This document shows, piece by piece, positions 1-13,171 of a stretch of 32,000 nt of DNA. A model generated the notes under the pieces. The model searched no databases, was not told the DNA's origin, and saw only the letters and a program-made list of their open reading frames with translations. The position numbers and the translations under genes were made by a program. This DNA is from Mycobacterium tuberculosis H37Rv (GTDB lineage Bacteria; Actinomycetota; Actinomycetes; Mycobacteriales; Mycobacteriaceae), in assembly GCF_000195955.2 (NCBI RefSeq), contig NC_000962.3, positions 1,800,001-1,832,000 of the forward strand. Reading direction: 5' to 3'. Numbering within the stretch: position 1 is the stretch's first letter; each line of letters opens with the position of its first letter.

Positions 1-2663
<2,663 letters not shown>

Positions 2664-2667
<4 letters not shown>

Positions 2668-3284
2668 CAGCAAAATCGGTTGTAGTCCTTGACTACGGCT
2701 CAGGAAACCTGCGGTCGGCCCAACGTGCGCTGCAACGAGTAGGCGCCGAGGTCGAAGTAACCGCCGATACCGACGCCGCAATGACCGCTGACGGACTGGT
2801 GGTGCCGGGCGTCGGTGCTTTCGCGGCGTGCATGGCGGGCCTGCGCAAGATCAGCGGAGAGCGAATCATCGCCGAGCGGGTGGCCGCCGGCCGCCCGGTG
2901 CTGGGGGTCTGTGTCGGTATGCAGATTCTGTTTGCTTGCGGGGTCGAATTCGGTGTGCAGACGCCAGGCTGCGGGCACTGGCCGGGGGCGGTCATTCGAC
3001 TTGAGGCCCCGGTGATTCCGCACATGGGCTGGAATGTCGTGGATTCCGCTGCGGGCAGCGCGCTGTTCAAAGGGTTGGACGTCGACGCCCGGTTTTATTT
3101 CGTGCATTCCTATGCCGCGCAGCGATGGGAAGGCTCACCCGACGCGCTGCTGACCTGGGCCACATATCGGGCGCCGTTCCTCGCTGCGGTGGAGGACGGC
3201 GCATTGGCCGCCACCCAGTTTCATCCGGAGAAGAGTGGCGATGCCGGTGCAGCCGTACTGAGCAGCTGGGTTGATGGACTTTAA
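2664..3284 (+). CDS. hisH: Imidazole glycerol phosphate synthase subunit HisH (glutamine amidotransferase)
   Basis: GTG start at 2664 overlapping the hisB stop gives 206 aa. [20 protein letters not shown] nucleophile motif and HPEKSG are present. The ORF-track start at 2403 is an over-extension. Confidence 0.95.
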
Positions 3285-3293
3285 AGGATACTG

Positions 3294-4031
3294 GTGATGC
3301 CGCTGATACTTTTGCCCGCCGTCGACGTGGTCGAGGGTCGTGCCGTGCGCCTCGTTCAAGGGAAGGCCGGCAGCCAAACCGAGTACGGCTCAGCGGTGGA
3401 TGCCGCGTTGGGCTGGCAACGCGATGGCGCCGAGTGGATCCATTTGGTGGACCTGGATGCTGCGTTCGGCCGCGGTTCCAACCACGAACTGCTTGCCGAG
3501 GTTGTCGGCAAGCTCGACGTACAGGTTGAGCTATCCGGCGGTATTCGAGACGACGAGTCGCTGGCCGCGGCGCTGGCCACCGGATGCGCTCGGGTCAATG
3601 TGGGCACTGCTGCCCTGGAAAACCCGCAGTGGTGTGCCCGGGTGATTGGCGAGCACGGCGACCAGGTCGCCGTCGGCTTGGACGTCCAGATCATCGACGG
3701 CGAGCATCGGTTGCGCGGACGCGGCTGGGAAACCGACGGCGGCGACCTGTGGGACGTGCTAGAACGCCTAGACAGTGAAGGATGTTCGCGGTTCGTCGTG
3801 ACCGATATCACCAAGGACGGCACCCTGGGCGGCCCCAATCTGGACCTGCTGGCCGGTGTTGCCGACCGCACCGACGCCCCGGTGATCGCGTCCGGAGGTG
3901 TGTCCAGCCTCGATGACCTGCGCGCCATTGCGACTCTCACGCACCGCGGCGTCGAGGGGGCCATCGTCGGCAAGGCCCTCTACGCCCGTCGGTTCACCTT
4001 GCCGCAAGCGTTGGCCGCGGTTCGGGACTAG
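3294..4031 (+). CDS. hisA: Phosphoribosyl isomerase A (HisA family; probable bifunctional HisA/TrpF enzyme PriA)
   Basis: 245 aa; [41 protein letters not shown] at 3294 or ATG at 3297 are both possible starts. Confidence 0.95.
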
Positions 4032-4038
4032 ATCGGCG

Positions 4039-4851
4039 ATGCACTTGGATTCGTTGGTTGCCCCGCTGGTTGAACAGGCGTCGGCGATCCTGGATGCCGC
4101 AACGGCGCTCTTTCTCGTCGGTCATCGCGCCGATTCAGCGGTCCGCAAGAAGGGTAACGACTTCGCCACCGAAGTCGATCTAGCGATCGAGCGGCAGGTT
4201 GTCGCAGCGCTGGTGGCGGCCACCGGCATCGAGGTGCACGGCGAGGAGTTCGGCGGCCCGGCAGTCGACTCGCGGTGGGTGTGGGTACTGGACCCCATCG
4301 ACGGCACAATCAACTACGCCGCCGGATCGCCGTTGGCTGCGATCCTGTTGGGCCTGCTGCACGACGGAGTTCCGGTGGCCGGCTTGACCTGGATGCCATT
4401 CACCGACCCACGCTATACCGCCGTGGCGGGTGGTCCGCTGATCAAGAACGGTGTACCGCAGCCGCCGCTGGCTGACGCCGAACTGGCCAACGTGCTCGTC
4501 GGCGTCGGCACATTCAGCGCCGACTCACGGGGCCAGTTCCCGGGGCGATATCGACTGGCGGTGCTGGAAAAGCTCAGCCGAGTGTCATCGCGGCTGCGCA
4601 TGCACGGATCCACCGGCATCGATCTCGTCTTCGTCGCTGACGGGATACTCGGTGGTGCAATAAGTTTCGGAGGTCACGTTTGGGACCATGCCGCTGGGGT
4701 GGCGTTGGTACGAGCCGCCGGTGGCGTGGTCACCGACCTGGCTGGGCAACCGTGGACCCCTGCATCGCGTTCTGCCTTGGCCGGGCCACCGCGCGTGCAT
4801 GCCCAGATCCTCGAGATTCTTGGCAGCATAGGGGAACCAGAGGACTACTGA
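4039..4851 (+). CDS. impA: Inositol-monophosphatase family protein within the his cluster
   Basis: 270 aa from ATG 4039. [15 protein letters not shown] and [16 protein letters not shown] are the two diagnostic IMPase motifs. Confidence 0.9.
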
Positions 4852-4852
4852 G

Positions 4853-5656
4853 ATGTATGCCGACCGTGACCTTCCGGGGGCTGGGGGCCTCGCGGTACGC
4901 GTGATCCCGTGTCTGGATGTCGACGATGGGCGGGTGGTCAAGGGAGTCAACTTCGAGAACCTCCGCGACGCCGGTGATCCCGTGGAACTCGCCGCCGTCT
5001 ATGACGCGGAGGGCGCGGACGAGTTGACCTTTCTCGACGTGACCGCGTCGTCGTCCGGAAGAGCCACCATGCTGGAGGTGGTGCGCCGCACCGCCGAGCA
5101 GGTGTTCATCCCGCTGACGGTGGGCGGTGGGGTACGCACCGTCGCCGACGTCGATTCGCTGCTACGGGCTGGGGCTGACAAAGTCGCCGTCAACACGGCC
5201 GCCATCGCTTGCCCGGACTTGCTGGCGGACATGGCGAGGCAGTTCGGCTCGCAGTGCATCGTGTTGTCCGTCGACGCGCGCACAGTTCCGGTGGGATCAG
5301 CCCCGACACCGTCGGGTTGGGAGGTCACCACTCACGGCGGTCGTCGTGGCACCGGTATGGACGCCGTGCAGTGGGCGGCCCGTGGCGCCGACCTCGGTGT
5401 GGGGGAGATCCTGCTCAACTCGATGGACGCCGACGGCACCAAAGCCGGATTCGACCTGGCTTTGCTGCGTGCGGTCCGTGCCGCGGTCACGGTGCCGGTA
5501 ATCGCCAGCGGGGGCGCCGGTGCTGTGGAGCACTTCGCGCCAGCGGTTGCCGCGGGGGCCGATGCAGTGTTGGCGGCCAGCGTCTTTCACTTCCGGGAGC
5601 TGACGATCGGTCAGGTGAAGGCGGCCCTGGCCGCGGAAGGAATCACCGTGCGATGA
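4853..5656 (+). CDS. hisF: Imidazole glycerol phosphate synthase subunit HisF
   Basis: 267 aa; [45 protein letters not shown]. Confidence 0.97.
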
Positions 5657-6000
5657 CACTCGACCCAAAGATCGCGGCGCGGTTGAAGCGTAATGCCGAC
5701 GGACTGGTTACCGCCGTCGTCCAGGAGCGGGGCAGCGGTGACGTGCTGATGGTTGCCTGGATGAACGACGAGGCCTTGGCCCGTACCCTGCAAACCCGTG
5801 AGGCCACTTACTATTCGCGATCCCGTGCCGAACAATGGGTCAAGGGCGCGACGTCCGGCCACACCCAGCACGTTCACTCGGTGCGCCTGGATTGTGACGG
5901 CGACGCCGTATTGTTGACGGTTGACCAGGTCGGCGGTGCCTGCCATACCGGCGATCACAGTTGCTTCGATGCCGCGGTGTTGTTAGAACCCGACGACTAA
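5653..6000 (+). CDS. hisI: Phosphoribosyl-AMP cyclohydrolase
   Basis: 115 aa from ATG 5653, overlapping the hisF stop. [13 protein letters not shown] and [15 protein letters not shown] metal-binding motifs. Confidence 0.95.
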
Positions 6001-6180
6001 CCCGCCGCGGAAAGACTGGGGCTAGCGGCTCGCGGCGCAACAGATTGCAGTGGTCGCCCGCGAGGCAAGAGTGCCCATCGACACGCCGCCGAGCGAGCGC
6101 GGACATACCACCTTGGGATCCATGCAGATGTCAAGGGGGGTTGCCCGTCCGGGCGATGGCGTCGATGAGAATGGCGGTCG

Positions 6181-7263
6181 ATGCTGAAACGAGTGCCCTG
6201 GACCGTTGTGCTGCCTTCGCTGGCCTTTGTCGCGCTGGTATTGACCTGGGGAAAGCAGATCGGCCCGGTGGTGGGCTTGCTAGCGGCGGTGCTGTTAGCC
6301 GGTGCTGTCCTGGCCGCGGTCAACCATGCCGAGGTGGTGGCGGCCCGGGTGGGTGAGCCATTCGGTTCGCTGGTGCTCGCGGTCGCGGTGACGACCATCG
6401 AGGTGGCGCTGATCGTTGCGCTCATGGTGTCCGGCGGGGACGATGCGGCGACGCTCGCCCGCGACACCGTGTTCGCCGCGGTGATGATCACCACCAACGG
6501 GATCGCCGGGTTGTCCCTGCTGCTGGGTTCGCTGCGCTATGGCGTGACGTTGTTCAACCCCCACGGCAGCGGCGCCGCGCTGGCCACGGTCACCACACTG
6601 GCGACGCTGAGCCTGGTGCTGCCCACGTTCACCACCAGTCAGTCGGGCCCCGAGCTATCGCCCGGCCAGCTCATCTTCGCCGGCGCCGCGTCGCTGGGAC
6701 TCTACGTGTTGTTCCTGTTCACCCAGACTGTCCGGCATCGAGACTTCTTCCTACCGGTGGCGCAAAAGGGCGCGGTCGAGGATGACAGCCACGCCGATCC
6801 ACCGAGCACCCGCGCGGCGCTGCTGAGCCTTGGATTGCTGCTCGTCGCTTTGGTTGCGGTGGTGGGTCTGGCCAAGGTGGAATCGCCGGTCATCGAGGAG
6901 GTCGTCTCGGCGGCCGGGTTTCCGCAATCCTTCGTCGGCGTGGTCATCGCCACACTGGTGCTGTTGCCGGAGACACTTGCGGCGGCCCGCGCGGCCCGGC
7001 AAGGCCGCCTGCAGACCAGCCTCAATCTGGCGTACGGTTCCGCGATGGCGAGTATTGGACTCACCATCCCGACCATCGCCCTTGCTTCCCTGTGGCTCAG
7101 TGGCCCGCTGCAACTTGGCCTCGGTGCCATTCAGTTGGTGCTGCTGGTGCTCACGGTTGTGGTCAGCGTGCTGACCGTGGTTCCCGGTCGGGCCACCCGT
7201 CTGCAGGGCGAGGTGCATCTGGTGTTGCTGGCTGCTTACCTGTTTCTTGCCGTCGTCCCGTGA
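6181..7263 (+). CDS. chaA: Ca2+/H+ (cation/proton) antiporter
   Basis: 360 aa, highly hydrophobic. Repeated acidic transport motifs (NHAEVVAARVGEPFGSLVLAVAVTTIEVALIVALM; VVIATLVLLPETLAAARAA) as in ChaA/CaCA proteins. Confidence 0.88.
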   Translation: MLKRVPWTVVLPSLAFVALVLTWGKQIGPVVGLLAAVLLAGAVLAAVNHAEVVAARVGEPFGSLVLAVAVTTIEVALIVALMVSGGDDAATLARDTVFAAVMITTNGIAGLSLLLGSLRYGVTLFNPHGSGAALATVTTLATLSLVLPTFTTSQSGPELSPGQLIFAGAASLGLYVLFLFTQTVRHRDFFLPVAQKGAVEDDSHADPPSTRAALLSLGLLLVALVAVVGLAKVESPVIEEVVSAAGFPQSFVGVVIATLVLLPETLAAARAARQGRLQTSLNLAYGSAMASIGLTIPTIALASLWLSGPLQLGLGAIQLVLLVLTVVVSVLTVVPGRATRLQGEVHLVLLAAYLFLAVVP

Positions 7264-7297
7264 TGAATCCGTGCGCAAGCGATGGTTTTCGCCGCCG

Positions 7298-7762
7298 CTA
7301 TCCAGATCTGATTGCCCGCAGCGTCGCTAACGCTTTGTCGGCGTGGGCGTCCATGCTGAATTCGCTGGAGATCACGTCGAGCACCTTACGGTCGGTGTCG
7401 ATGACAAAGGTCGTGCGTTTGACCGGCATCAACTTGCCCAACAGACCGCGCTTGACCCCGAATTGGGCGGCGACCGTGCCTTGGGCGTCCGAAAGCAGCG
7501 GGTAGTCGAAACGCCGCACCTCGGCGAATTTGGCCTGCTTTCGAACGGGATCGGTGCTGATGCCGACCCGGCTGGCCCTGACCTCGGCGAATTCTTTGGC
7601 CAAGTCGCGGAAGTGGCAGGCTTCTTTGGTGCAGCCAGGCGTCATCGCCGCCGGATAGAAGAACAGGACCACGGGTCCGTCGGATAGCAGGACGCTAAGC
7701 CTGCGAGGAGTCCCGGTCTGATCGGGCAGTTCGAAGTCGGCTACCGTGTCACCGGTTTTCAT
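7298..7762 (-). CDS. bcpB: Peroxiredoxin, Bcp family
   Basis: 154 aa from MKTGDTVADFELPDQTG. FFYPAAMTPGCTKEACHFRD contains the peroxidatic cysteine motif. Confidence 0.92.
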   Translation of the reverse strand: MKTGDTVADFELPDQTGTPRRLSVLLSDGPVVLFFYPAAMTPGCTKEACHFRDLAKEFAEVRASRVGISTDPVRKQAKFAEVRRFDYPLLSDAQGTVAAQFGVKRGLLGKLMPVKRTTFVIDTDRKVLDVISSEFSMDAHADKALATLRAIRSG

Positions 7763-7800
7763 AGTCGTCAGGCTACAACCGATTGCCCGACTCCTTGCGC

Positions 7801-7847
7801 GCCGCTTCGCGGCTGGGGGTGCCCCCATGCGCGCCGTTTGCGCGGCG
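7801..7847. promoter_or_regulatory. GC-rich triple stem-loop region between divergent bcpB and trpE (possible structured leader or small palindromic repeat)
   Basis: Three consecutive potential hairpins: GCCGC-TTC-GCGGC (7801-7813), GGGGG-TG-CCCCC (7815-7826), CGCCG-TTTGCG-CGGCG (7832-7847). Function inferred only. Confidence 0.35.
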
Positions 7848-7902
7848 TGCATCGTCGTCGGGCTACGCCCGGGCCGATCGGCGTATCTGGGAAGATGGTT
7901 CG

Positions 7903-9453
7903 GTGCACGCCGACCTCGCAGCCACCACCTCGCGTGAGGATTTCCGCCTCCTGGCGGCCGAGCACCGGGTGGTTCCGGTGACTCGCAAGGTCTTGGCCGA
8001 CAGCGAGACGCCGCTGTCGGCCTACCGCAAGCTCGCCGCCAATCGCCCGGGTACGTTCCTGCTGGAGTCGGCCGAGAACGGCCGGTCGTGGTCGCGATGG
8101 TCGTTTATCGGTGCGGGGGCGCCAACGGCGTTGACCGTGCGTGAGGGGCAAGCGGTATGGCTGGGTGCCGTGCCCAAGGACGCTCCCACTGGCGGAGACC
8201 CGCTGCGGGCGCTGCAGGTGACCTTGGAGCTGCTGGCTACGGCGGATCGTCAGTCCGAGCCGGGTCTTCCGCCGCTGTCGGGTGGCATGGTCGGTTTCTT
8301 CGCCTATGACATGGTGCGACGGCTGGAACGATTGCCGGAACGGGCCGTCGATGACCTCTGCCTGCCGGACATGCTGCTGTTGCTGGCCACCGATGTGGCG
8401 GCGGTCGATCACCACGAGGGCACCATCACGTTGATCGCCAACGCCGTGAACTGGAACGGCACCGACGAGCGGGTCGACTGGGCCTACGACGACGCGGTCG
8501 CTCGGCTGGACGTGATGACCGCAGCGCTCGGCCAACCACTACCGTCAACCGTGGCCACCTTCAGCCGACCCGAGCCGCGCCACCGTGCGCAACGCACCGT
8601 CGAAGAATATGGTGCGATCGTCGAATACTTGGTGGATCAGATTGCAGCCGGTGAAGCGTTCCAGGTGGTGCCCTCGCAGCGCTTCGAGATGGACACCGAT
8701 GTCGATCCCATCGACGTGTACCGAATTCTGCGGGTAACCAACCCAAGTCCCTACATGTATCTACTGCAGGTGCCGAATAGTGATGGTGCAGTGGACTTTT
8801 CGATTGTTGGATCCAGTCCGGAGGCGCTGGTAACGGTCCACGAAGGCTGGGCGACGACGCATCCGATCGCCGGAACCCGGTGGCGCGGAAGGACAGACGA
8901 CGAGGACGTGCTTCTGGAAAAAGAGCTGCTGGCGGACGACAAAGAACGTGCCGAGCATCTGATGCTGGTCGACCTCGGCCGAAACGACCTGGGTCGGGTC
9001 TGCACGCCGGGCACTGTTCGGGTCGAGGATTACAGCCACATCGAGCGGTACAGCCACGTGATGCACCTGGTGTCCACGGTGACCGGGAAGCTCGGCGAAG
9101 GGCGCACCGCGCTGGACGCGGTGACCGCCTGCTTTCCGGCCGGCACGCTGTCGGGCGCGCCGAAGGTGCGGGCGATGGAGCTGATCGAAGAGGTGGAGAA
9201 GACACGCCGCGGCCTTTACGGCGGTGTCGTCGGTTACCTTGACTTCGCCGGCAACGCTGACTTCGCCATCGCCATCCGCACCGCGCTGATGCGTAACGGC
9301 ACGGCTTATGTCCAGGCAGGCGGTGGTGTGGTGGCCGACTCCAACGGATCCTACGAATACAACGAGGCGAGGAACAAGGCTCGGGCTGTGCTCAACGCGA
9401 TCGCTGCCGCCGAGACGCTGGCCGCTCCGGGCGCGAACCGCAGTGGCTGCTAA
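7903..9453 (+). CDS. trpE: Anthranilate synthase component I
   Basis: 516 aa from GTG 7903. [35 protein letters not shown] chorismate-binding signature. Confidence 0.96.
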   Translation: MHADLAATTSREDFRLLAAEHRVVPVTRKVLADSETPLSAYRKLAANRPGTFLLESAENGRSWSRWSFIGAGAPTALTVREGQAVWLGAVPKDAPTGGDPLRALQVTLELLATADRQSEPGLPPLSGGMVGFFAYDMVRRLERLPERAVDDLCLPDMLLLLATDVAAVDHHEGTITLIANAVNWNGTDERVDWAYDDAVARLDVMTAALGQPLPSTVATFSRPEPRHRAQRTVEEYGAIVEYLVDQIAAGEAFQVVPSQRFEMDTDVDPIDVYRILRVTNPSPYMYLLQVPNSDGAVDFSIVGSSPEALVTVHEGWATTHPIAGTRWRGRTDDEDVLLEKELLADDKERAEHLMLVDLGRNDLGRVCTPGTVRVEDYSHIERYSHVMHLVSTVTGKLGEGRTALDAVTACFPAGTLSGAPKVRAMELIEEVEKTRRGLYGGVVGYLDFAGNADFAIAIRTALMRNGTAYVQAGGGVVADSNGSYEYNEARNKARAVLNAIAAAETLAAPGANRSGC

Positions 9454-10150
9454 TGCCGGCAGTGTTCGGCCCAACCGCCGGGCCAGGCCGATGATCGGCA
9501 TCGCCCAGTTGCTGTTGGTGGTTGCCGCCGGGGCGCTGTGGATGGCCGCACGGCTGCCCTGGGTGGTCATCGGGTCATTCGACGAGCTGGGGCCGCCGAA
9601 GGAGGTGACGCTGACCGGTGCGTCGTGGTCGACCGCTTTGCTGCCGTTAGCGCTGCTGATGCTGGCCGCGGCGGTGGCGGCGCTCGCGGTGCGCGGCTGG
9701 CCGCTGCGGGCGCTGGCAGTGTTGCTGGCCGCGGCCAGCTTCGCGGTCGGCTACCTCGGCATCAGTCTGTGGGTGGTCCCGGATGTCGCGGCCCGCGGAG
9801 CCGATCTTGCCCATGTCCCAGTGGTGACGCTGGTCGGAAGCGCCCGGCACTATTGGGGCGCGGTGGCGGCGGTGTTGGCGGCAGTGTGTGCTTTGCTCGC
9901 TGCCGTCTTCTTGATGAGTTCGGCGGCGATTCGCGGGTCGGCTGGCGAGGACATGGCGAGATATGCGGCGCCCCGCGCCCGCCGGTCGATTGCCCGGCGC
10001 CAGCACTCGAATGCGGCCGGCCGGGCGGCTCCGCAAGACGACGGGCCGGATATGGGGCCGCGGATGTCGGAGCGAATGATTTGGGAAGCTCTTGACGAGG
10101 GCCGTGACCCGACCGATCGGGAGCAGGAGTCTGACACCGAGGGGCGGTGA
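9443..10150 (+). CDS. Trp-operon-associated conserved membrane protein (TIGR02234-like)
   Basis: 235 aa from GTG 9443, overlapping the trpE stop by 11 bp. Several predicted TM helices; lies between trpE and trpC. Confidence 0.85.
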   Translation: MAANAGSVRPNRRARPMIGIAQLLLVVAAGALWMAARLPWVVIGSFDELGPPKEVTLTGASWSTALLPLALLMLAAAVAALAVRGWPLRALAVLLAAASFAVGYLGISLWVVPDVAARGADLAHVPVVTLVGSARHYWGAVAAVLAAVCALLAAVFLMSSAAIRGSAGEDMARYAAPRARRSIARRQHSNAAGRAAPQDDGPDMGPRMSERMIWEALDEGRDPTDREQESDTEGR

Positions 10151-10239
10151 CGGACCGCGCGCTGACGGTCGCTACCCTTCATGGACGTCGTCGAAATTGA
10201 CGAGCGCGTGTGGGTGACAGTGGGAAGGGAACGGCAGGC

Positions 10240-11058
10240 ATGAGTCCGGCAACCGTGCTCGACTCCATCCTCGAGGGAGTCCGGGCCGACGTTGCCGCGC
10301 GTGAAGCCTCGGTGAGCCTGTCGGAGATCAAGGCTGCCGCCGCTGCGGCGCCGCCGCCGCTCGACGTGATGGCCGCCCTACGCGAGCCCGGCATCGGCGT
10401 CATCGCTGAGGTCAAGCGCGCTAGTCCTTCGGCAGGCGCATTGGCGACCATCGCCGACCCGGCAAAGCTGGCCCAGGCCTACCAGGATGGCGGTGCCCGG
10501 ATCGTCAGCGTGGTGACTGAGCAGCGGCGTTTTCAGGGATCGCTCGACGACCTCGACGCGGTGCGGGCCTCGGTTTCGATTCCGGTGCTGCGCAAGGACT
10601 TTGTGGTGCAGCCGTACCAGATTCATGAGGCGCGTGCGCACGGCGCCGACATGTTGTTGCTCATCGTCGCCGCATTGGAGCAGTCGGTGTTGGTGTCGAT
10701 GTTGGACCGCACCGAATCGTTGGGTATGACAGCACTCGTCGAGGTCCATACCGAGCAGGAAGCCGACCGAGCGCTGAAGGCCGGGGCCAAGGTGATTGGC
10801 GTTAACGCCCGCGACCTCATGACGCTGGACGTGGACCGGGATTGCTTCGCGCGAATAGCTCCTGGTTTGCCGAGCAGTGTGATCAGGATTGCTGAATCCG
10901 GCGTGCGTGGCACCGCTGACCTGCTGGCGTACGCCGGCGCGGGCGCTGACGCGGTGTTGGTAGGCGAAGGTCTGGTCACCAGCGGCGACCCACGTGCCGC
11001 GGTTGCCGATCTGGTTACCGCGGGCACCCATCCGTCCTGTCCGAAACCGGCTCGCTAG
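10240..11058 (+). CDS. trpC: Indole-3-glycerol phosphate synthase
   Basis: 272 aa from ATG 10240. [49 protein letters not shown]. Confidence 0.96.
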
Positions 11059-11090
11059 CCGTCGATGAGCCGCTTGCATCTTGAGCCTCG

Positions 11091-12359
11091 GTGATGACAG
11101 ATCTATCCACCCCGGATCTTCCGCGCATGAGTGCTGCCATCGCCGAACCGACCAGTCACGATCCTGATTCCGGCGGCCATTTCGGCGGCCCCAGTGGTTG
11201 GGGTGGCCGCTACGTTCCCGAGGCGCTGATGGCGGTGATCGAAGAGGTCACCGCCGCCTACCAAAAGGAGCGCGTCAGCCAGGACTTTCTGGACGACCTA
11301 GACAGGCTGCAGGCGAACTATGCGGGCCGGCCTTCGCCGCTTTACGAGGCGACCCGGTTGAGCCAGCACGCTGGGTCGGCGCGAATCTTTCTGAAGCGAG
11401 AAGACCTGAACCATACTGGTTCTCACAAGATCAACAACGTGCTCGGGCAGGCACTGCTGGCGCGCAGGATGGGCAAGACCCGGGTGATCGCCGAGACCGG
11501 TGCCGGCCAGCACGGGGTCGCCACGGCCACCGCATGCGCATTGCTCGGCCTGGACTGTGTCATCTACATGGGGGGCATCGACACCGCCCGTCAGGCGCTA
11601 AACGTGGCCCGGATGCGATTGCTGGGTGCCGAAGTCGTCGCGGTTCAGACGGGCTCGAAAACGCTCAAAGACGCCATCAATGAGGCGTTCCGGGATTGGG
11701 TTGCCAACGCCGACAACACCTACTACTGCTTTGGTACTGCGGCCGGACCGCATCCGTTTCCAACCATGGTGCGCGATTTCCAGCGAATCATCGGCATGGA
11801 GGCACGTGTGCAGATCCAGGGTCAGGCCGGTCGGCTGCCTGACGCCGTCGTCGCGTGCGTTGGTGGCGGGTCCAATGCCATTGGTATTTTTCATGCGTTT
11901 CTCGATGACCCAGGCGTACGGCTGGTCGGATTCGAGGCAGCCGGCGACGGCGTTGAGACCGGCCGGCATGCCGCGACATTCACCGCTGGTTCGCCCGGGG
12001 CATTTCACGGATCGTTCTCGTACTTGCTGCAAGACGAGGACGGTCAGACCATTGAATCCCATTCAATTTCCGCGGGTCTGGATTATCCGGGGGTGGGCCC
12101 GGAACATGCGTGGCTCAAGGAGGCCGGGCGTGTCGATTATCGGCCGATCACCGACTCCGAGGCGATGGACGCGTTTGGCCTGCTGTGTCGCATGGAAGGC
12201 ATCATCCCGGCTATTGAATCCGCGCACGCGGTGGCCGGCGCCCTCAAGCTAGGTGTTGAGTTGGGAAGGGGCGCGGTGATTGTGGTGAACCTGTCGGGAC
12301 GTGGCGACAAAGATGTCGAGACGGCCGCGAAATGGTTTGGCTTGCTGGGCAACGACTGA
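11091..12359 (+). CDS. trpB: Tryptophan synthase beta subunit
   Basis: 422 aa (alternative internal start at 11127 gives 410 aa). [23 protein letters not shown]-lysine motif, [19 protein letters not shown]. Confidence 0.97.
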   Translation: MMTDLSTPDLPRMSAAIAEPTSHDPDSGGHFGGPSGWGGRYVPEALMAVIEEVTAAYQKERVSQDFLDDLDRLQANYAGRPSPLYEATRLSQHAGSARIFLKREDLNHTGSHKINNVLGQALLARRMGKTRVIAETGAGQHGVATATACALLGLDCVIYMGGIDTARQALNVARMRLLGAEVVAVQTGSKTLKDAINEAFRDWVANADNTYYCFGTAAGPHPFPTMVRDFQRIIGMEARVQIQGQAGRLPDAVVACVGGGSNAIGIFHAFLDDPGVRLVGFEAAGDGVETGRHAATFTAGSPGAFHGSFSYLLQDEDGQTIESHSISAGLDYPGVGPEHAWLKEAGRVDYRPITDSEAMDAFGLLCRMEGIIPAIESAHAVAGALKLGVELGRGAVIVVNLSGRGDKDVETAAKWFGLLGND

Positions 12360-13171
12360 TGGTGGCGGTGGAACAGAGCGAAGCAAGTAGGCTCGGGCCG
12401 GTTTTCGATTCCTGCCGTGCAAACAACCGCGCGGCATTGATTGGTTACTTGCCGACCGGGTACCCGGACGTGCCAGCGTCGGTGGCCGCGATGACAGCGC
12501 TAGTTGAATCCGGTTGCGACATTATCGAAGTCGGGGTTCCGTATTCGGACCCGGGCATGGACGGCCCCACCATCGCCAGGGCAACCGAGGCGGCGCTCCG
12601 TGGCGGGGTGCGAGTCCGGGATACGTTAGCCGCGGTCGAGGCCATCAGTATCGCCGGCGGGCGTGCGGTAGTGATGACCTACTGGAATCCGGTGCTGCGC
12701 TATGGGGTTGATGCATTCGCGCGGGATCTGGCGGCGGCCGGAGGACTCGGCCTGATCACTCCTGACCTCATTCCCGACGAGGCGCAACAGTGGCTGGCGG
12801 CATCCGAAGAGCATCGGTTGGATCGCATTTTCTTGGTCGCGCCGTCCTCGACACCGGAGCGGTTGGCGGCCACCGTCGAGGCTTCACGCGGGTTCGTCTA
12901 CGCGGCGTCGACGATGGGGGTGACCGGGGCGCGGGATGCGGTGTCGCAGGCGGCACCCGAACTGGTGGGCCGGGTGAAGGCGGTGTCTGACATACCGGTG
13001 GGCGTCGGTCTGGGTGTGCGGTCGCGCGCTCAAGCCGCGCAGATCGCCCAATACGCCGACGGTGTCATCGTTGGTTCCGCATTGGTGACGGCGCTAACCG
13101 AGGGGTTGCCTAGATTGCGGGCACTGACCGGAGAGCTCGCTGCCGGGGTACGACTAGGGATGTCCGCATGA
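12359..13171 (+). CDS. trpA: Tryptophan synthase alpha subunit
   Basis: 270 aa; ATG at 12359 overlaps the trpB TGA. LPTGYPD, IEVGVPYSDPGMDGPTI signature. Confidence 0.96.
   Translation: MVAVEQSEASRLGPVFDSCRANNRAALIGYLPTGYPDVPASVAAMTALVESGCDIIEVGVPYSDPGMDGPTIARATEAALRGGVRVRDTLAAVEAISIAGGRAVVMTYWNPVLRYGVDAFARDLAAAGGLGLITPDLIPDEAQQWLAASEEHRLDRIFLVAPSSTPERLAATVEASRGFVYAASTMGVTGARDAVSQAAPELVGRVKAVSDIPVGVGLGVRSRAQAAQIAQYADGVIVGSALVTALTEGLPRLRALTGELAAGVRLGMSA

Noticed and set aside
7783-7902. 40-residue N-terminal extension of the trpE ORF
   Set aside because: Sequence coincides with the palindromic leader region and does not resemble TrpE. GTG 7903 gives the conserved [14 protein letters not shown] start.
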